Shown piece after piece: positions 3,664-6,318 of a DNA stretch of 6,318 nucleotides. The position numbers and the translations under genes were made by a program. Source of the stretch: a virus. Position 1 is the stretch's first letter; the number at the start of each line of letters is the position of its first letter. Under the pieces are notes generated by a model. The model saw only the letters and a list, made by a program, of their open reading frames with translations, did no database searches and had not been told where the DNA came from. The stretch covers positions 1-6,318 of the IMG/VR virus record IMGVR_UViG_3300045988_000562. One strand, given 5' to 3'.

Positions 3664-5300
3664 TAAATCAAGAGGTCATAGATAAGTATCTTCTCTCTGA
3701 GTGTCTTCATCCTTGCAAGGTGTTTAATAAGTACACAAATGAAGTTGTATATGCCCCTTGTGGACATTGCTATTCGTGTCTTAAAAATAAGTCGAATCGT
3801 GATACTGCATTAGCTATGAATATTGCTTCAAATTTTAAGTATTGTTATTTTGTTTGGCTTTCTTATGAAGATTCCTATCTTCCTTATATGGAGCTTAAAA
3901 CTATTGATCATTTGGGTGATACTCGTTTTAATTACTCTTTTTCATCTATCAATAGAAATCTGCGTATTTCTGTTCCTAATGGTAAAGATAGGATTATAGA
4001 AGACTCTCCATTTGAGATTACTCATTCTATGACTTCTTCTGAATATCAAGATATTATTGTTAAGAGTCATGGACGTTATGACTTTCTTCGTAAATGCGTT
4101 GTATACCCCCGTTTTGAAGATTGTGATAATCGTATTCCTTATTGTAATACTTCTGATTGTCAGAAGTTTTTAAAGCGTTTAAGATTTCATTCAAAAGATA
4201 AATATAATGAAGAAATACGTTTTTACGGTGTATCAGAATATGGTCCTCGGACATATCGTCCGCATTGGCATTTGCTATTATTCTTTAACTCGGACAAACT
4301 CGCCTCGTCTATACAGCAACTTGTATTTGAGAGTTGGTCCTACGGTCGTACAACTTGTGAATTATCGAGAGGAAGCGCTGCTTCCTACGTTGCGTCGTAT
4401 GTTAATAGTAATGTATGCTTACCTTCACTATACGTCCAGCACAAAGAGATTAGGGCGCGTTCCTTCCACTCTAAAGGATATGCAAACAATCATGTCTTTC
4501 CCACTCAAGCCTCGATACATGAGCTTGATAAAATGTCCTCTATCCTCCTTGATGGAGAAAGCATCTCTATTAATGGTGAAACTAAGCGAATCTACCCTTC
4601 ACGGGCGTATAAATGTACCGCATTCCCCAGATTCTCGAATCTTGTTTGCAAATCTCCATATAGCAGTGCTTACTTATTTTCAGCTGCGTTCTTTGCACCC
4701 GAGAGGCTCATTCGTTTCGGATATTTGGACATAACTTATGACAAGTCTATTTCTCCTGTATCTGAACTTGCTTATGCTTATACTGATTTTTTTTTAGATC
4801 GTGAAGATAAAGGGTTTGTTCATTCTGATGATGAACTTATCGTTGCTGCTGTTCGTCTTGATGCTCCTAATCGTAAGTATTGGCATTGTCTTACTTATGA
4901 TCAAATTCGTAGTAAATTTTACAGGCTTTTTAATACAGTTATTCGTTCTGCTCGGTTTTGGAATTTATTTGGATGTGTAGATGTTTATCGTCGAGGTCCT
5001 ATTTACGCCCTTATGGAAGCATCTGATAATTATTGGAATGAATTTGCTCGTCGTCAGCTTCATGATTATTATGAATTTCTTGAAAGTTGTAGTGAAGAGC
5101 AGCGTTCTTTTTTATTTTCTCGGTCTGTTTATAATGAAATAAAGAACTCTACTAAAGAGATTAAAAAAGAATATTCTTATGATTACGAACTGAGTGACAA
5201 ATTCCTTAAAGAGTTAATCGCTATTAATCGGAAGGCGTGCGTGGATAAGATTAAACATAAGGAATTTAATGATCTTAGTGGTTTATTGTTAAATACTTAA
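3660..5300 (+). CDS. VP4: Microviridae replication initiation protein VP4 (gene A-like HUH rolling-circle endonuclease), 546 aa
   Basis: N-terminal Cys/His cluster CLHPCKVF...YAPCGHCYSCLKN, typical of gokushovirus Rep. HUH motif RPHWHLLLFF (HWH codons at 4263..4271). Catalytic tyrosine motif SYVASYVNSN (Tyr codons at 4386..4388 and 4398..4400). It is followed by a roughly 300-aa C-terminal region. Confidence 0.9.
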   Translation: MINQEVIDKYLLSECLHPCKVFNKYTNEVVYAPCGHCYSCLKNKSNRDTALAMNIASNFKYCYFVWLSYEDSYLPYMELKTIDHLGDTRFNYSFSSINRNLRISVPNGKDRIIEDSPFEITHSMTSSEYQDIIVKSHGRYDFLRKCVVYPRFEDCDNRIPYCNTSDCQKFLKRLRFHSKDKYNEEIRFYGVSEYGPRTYRPHWHLLLFFNSDKLASSIQQLVFESWSYGRTTCELSRGSAASYVASYVNSNVCLPSLYVQHKEIRARSFHSKGYANNHVFPTQASIHELDKMSSILLDGESISINGETKRIYPSRAYKCTAFPRFSNLVCKSPYSSAYLFSAAFFAPERLIRFGYLDITYDKSISPVSELAYAYTDFFLDREDKGFVHSDDELIVAAVRLDAPNRKYWHCLTYDQIRSKFYRLFNTVIRSARFWNLFGCVDVYRRGPIYALMEASDNYWNEFARRQLHDYYEFLESCSEEQRSFLFSRSVYNEIKNSTKEIKKEYSYDYELSDKFLKELIAINRKACVDKIKHKEFNDLSGLLLNT

Positions 5301-5311
5301 TTTTTTTTATT

Positions 5312-6318
5312 ATGTCTCATTTTACTGGTCTTAAGGAGTTGCAGAATAGGCCTCACAAATCAGGTCATGATATCTCCGCTAAGAATTGTTTTACGGCTAA
5401 GGTTGGAGAGTTGCTCCCCGTGTGGACTGATTTTGCAATTCCGAATTCTACTTACAGATTCAATCTTGAGTATTTTACTCGTACTCGCCCAGTGCAGACT
5501 TCTGCGTATACTCGCATTCGTGAGTATTTTGATTTTTTTGCGGTTCCTTGTGACCTTATTTGGAAATCATTTGATTCTGCTGTGATTCAAATGGGTGAAA
5601 AAGCTCCTCTTCAATCTAAGGATTTGTTGTCTAATCTTGCTGTTAAAGGAGATTTACCTCATTGTACCCTTAATGATTTGAGCATTTCTTTGTATTCTGC
5701 AGCTGGAAATCCTCATCAATTAGGTGATGATGTTTCTGTTGTATCTGGATATGGTAATATTTTTGGTTACAATCGTGGAGATGTAAATCATAAATTACTC
5801 TCCATGTTGGATTATGGTAACGTTGTTGCCAAGACTGATTCTAAAATTGGTACTGGTACCAATCGTTGGTGGAATATGCAATCAGCATTAACAGATTCTT
5901 CTAAATATTCTCAGAAGTACAATGTGAATTTGACTGTCGAATTGATGACTCTTGCTAGTTATCAAAAGATTTACCAGGATTTTTTTCGTTGGTCTCAATG
6001 GGAAAATGCCGATCCGACTTCGTATAATTTTGATTGGTATACCGGTTCTGGAAATATTTTTTCTACTGGTATTTCTTCTGTGATTCCTCCTAATAATAGT
6101 TATTGGAAGCGAGATAATTTATTCTCTCTTCGCTATGCTAATTGGAATAAAGATAAATTTATGGGTATTCTCCCGAATTCCCAATTTGGTGATCTTGCAG
6201 TAGTTGATCTTGGTACAATTGCTACTACTGGATCTAAGATTCCGGTAGGTGCTTATGATCTTTCGAATGACGGAGGCTCTTTTCATCAGTTTAAAACTTC
6301 GTCAGAATCTGTAAATAC
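5312..6318 (+). CDS. VP1: Microviridae major capsid protein VP1, 5' portion. It runs off the window end and continues at 1..980
   Basis: ATG at 5312 lies 11 nt after the VP4 stop. Translation is MSHFTGLKELQNRPHKSGHDISAKNCFTAKVGELLPVWTDFAIPNSTYRFNLEYFTRTRPVQTSAYTRIREYFDFFAVPCDLIW......NWNKDKFMGILPNSQFGDLAVVDLG... This is the classic VP1 N-terminus with the L-P-Q-FGD block. I found no in-frame stop through 6318 by manual codon reading. The ORF track omits it because it has no stop inside the window. Confidence 0.93.
   Translation, partial: MSHFTGLKELQNRPHKSGHDISAKNCFTAKVGELLPVWTDFAIPNSTYRFNLEYFTRTRPVQTSAYTRIREYFDFFAVPCDLIWKSFDSAVIQMGEKAPLQSKDLLSNLAVKGDLPHCTLNDLSISLYSAAGNPHQLGDDVSVVSGYGNIFGYNRGDVNHKLLSMLDYGNVVAKTDSKIGTGTNRWWNMQSALTDSSKYSQKYNVNLTVELMTLASYQKIYQDFFRWSQWENADPTSYNFDWYTGSGNIFSTGISSVIPPNNSYWKRDNLFSLRYANWNKDKFMGILPNSQFGDLAVVDLGTIATTGSKIPVGAYDLSNDGGSFHQFKTSSESVN
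6264..6318. repeat. Second copy of the 55-nt terminal redundancy (identical to 1..55)
   Basis: Exact identity. See feature 1..55. Confidence 0.95.

Noticed and set aside
1476-4254. Minus-strand ORFs in the track (1476..1661, 1624..1806, 2521..2724, 3199..3399, 3525..3767, 4060..4254)
   Set aside because: All are short and lie antisense to well-supported + strand genes. Microviridae genomes are transcribed from one strand only. These look like chance ORFs in an AT-rich sequence.
4207-4734. 175-aa ORF embedded in the +1 frame of VP4, reminiscent of phiX174 gene B inside gene A
   Set aside because: All long alternative-frame ORFs here (4207, 5367, 1756) are in the +1 frame, where the genome's third-position-T bias removes stop codons (a stop needs A/G at the host codon's third position). 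Length alone is therefore not evidence. The sequence is not hydrophobic or motif-bearing. It could be revisited if conserved in relatives.
1-6318. CRISPR array, transposase, IS element or integron signatures
   Set aside because: No spaced direct repeats with unique spacers, no terminal inverted repeats flanking a transposase-like ORF, and no tyrosine or serine recombinase motifs in any frame.

Overview
The window is a complete, circularly permuted genome of a small ssDNA phage of the family Microviridae. It is gokushovirus/Alpavirinae-like and most plausibly Bacteroidetes-associated, and it is not a piece of bacterial chromosome. The first 55 nt (1..55) are identical to the last 55 nt (6264..6318), so the unit genome is 6,263 nt and the window ends are an assembly overlap of a circle. 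All genes are on the + strand and tightly packed. The major capsid protein VP1 starts at 5312, runs off the window end and continues in frame through 1..980 (about 643 aa). It is followed by a 171-aa Cys-containing acidic protein (possible scaffold) and then the VP2 pilot/minor capsid protein (1506..2624). A single large non-coding region (2625..3040) follows. Its 5' part (2625..2940) is a GC-rich, hairpin-dense island compositionally unlike the T-rich rest of the genome. Its 3' part is AT-rich and promoter-like. Three small translationally coupled ORFs follow (3041..3663), one of them lipoprotein-like. The last gene is a large HUH-type rolling-circle replication initiator, VP4 (3660..5300). 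No rRNA, tRNA, CRISPR or transposon is present. The most interesting material is the structured GC-rich island, a candidate replication origin. It contains a phiX174 ori-core-like octamer CTTGATAT next to a hairpin and tandem 7-mers. The other notable element is the small-ORF accessory cassette upstream of rep.
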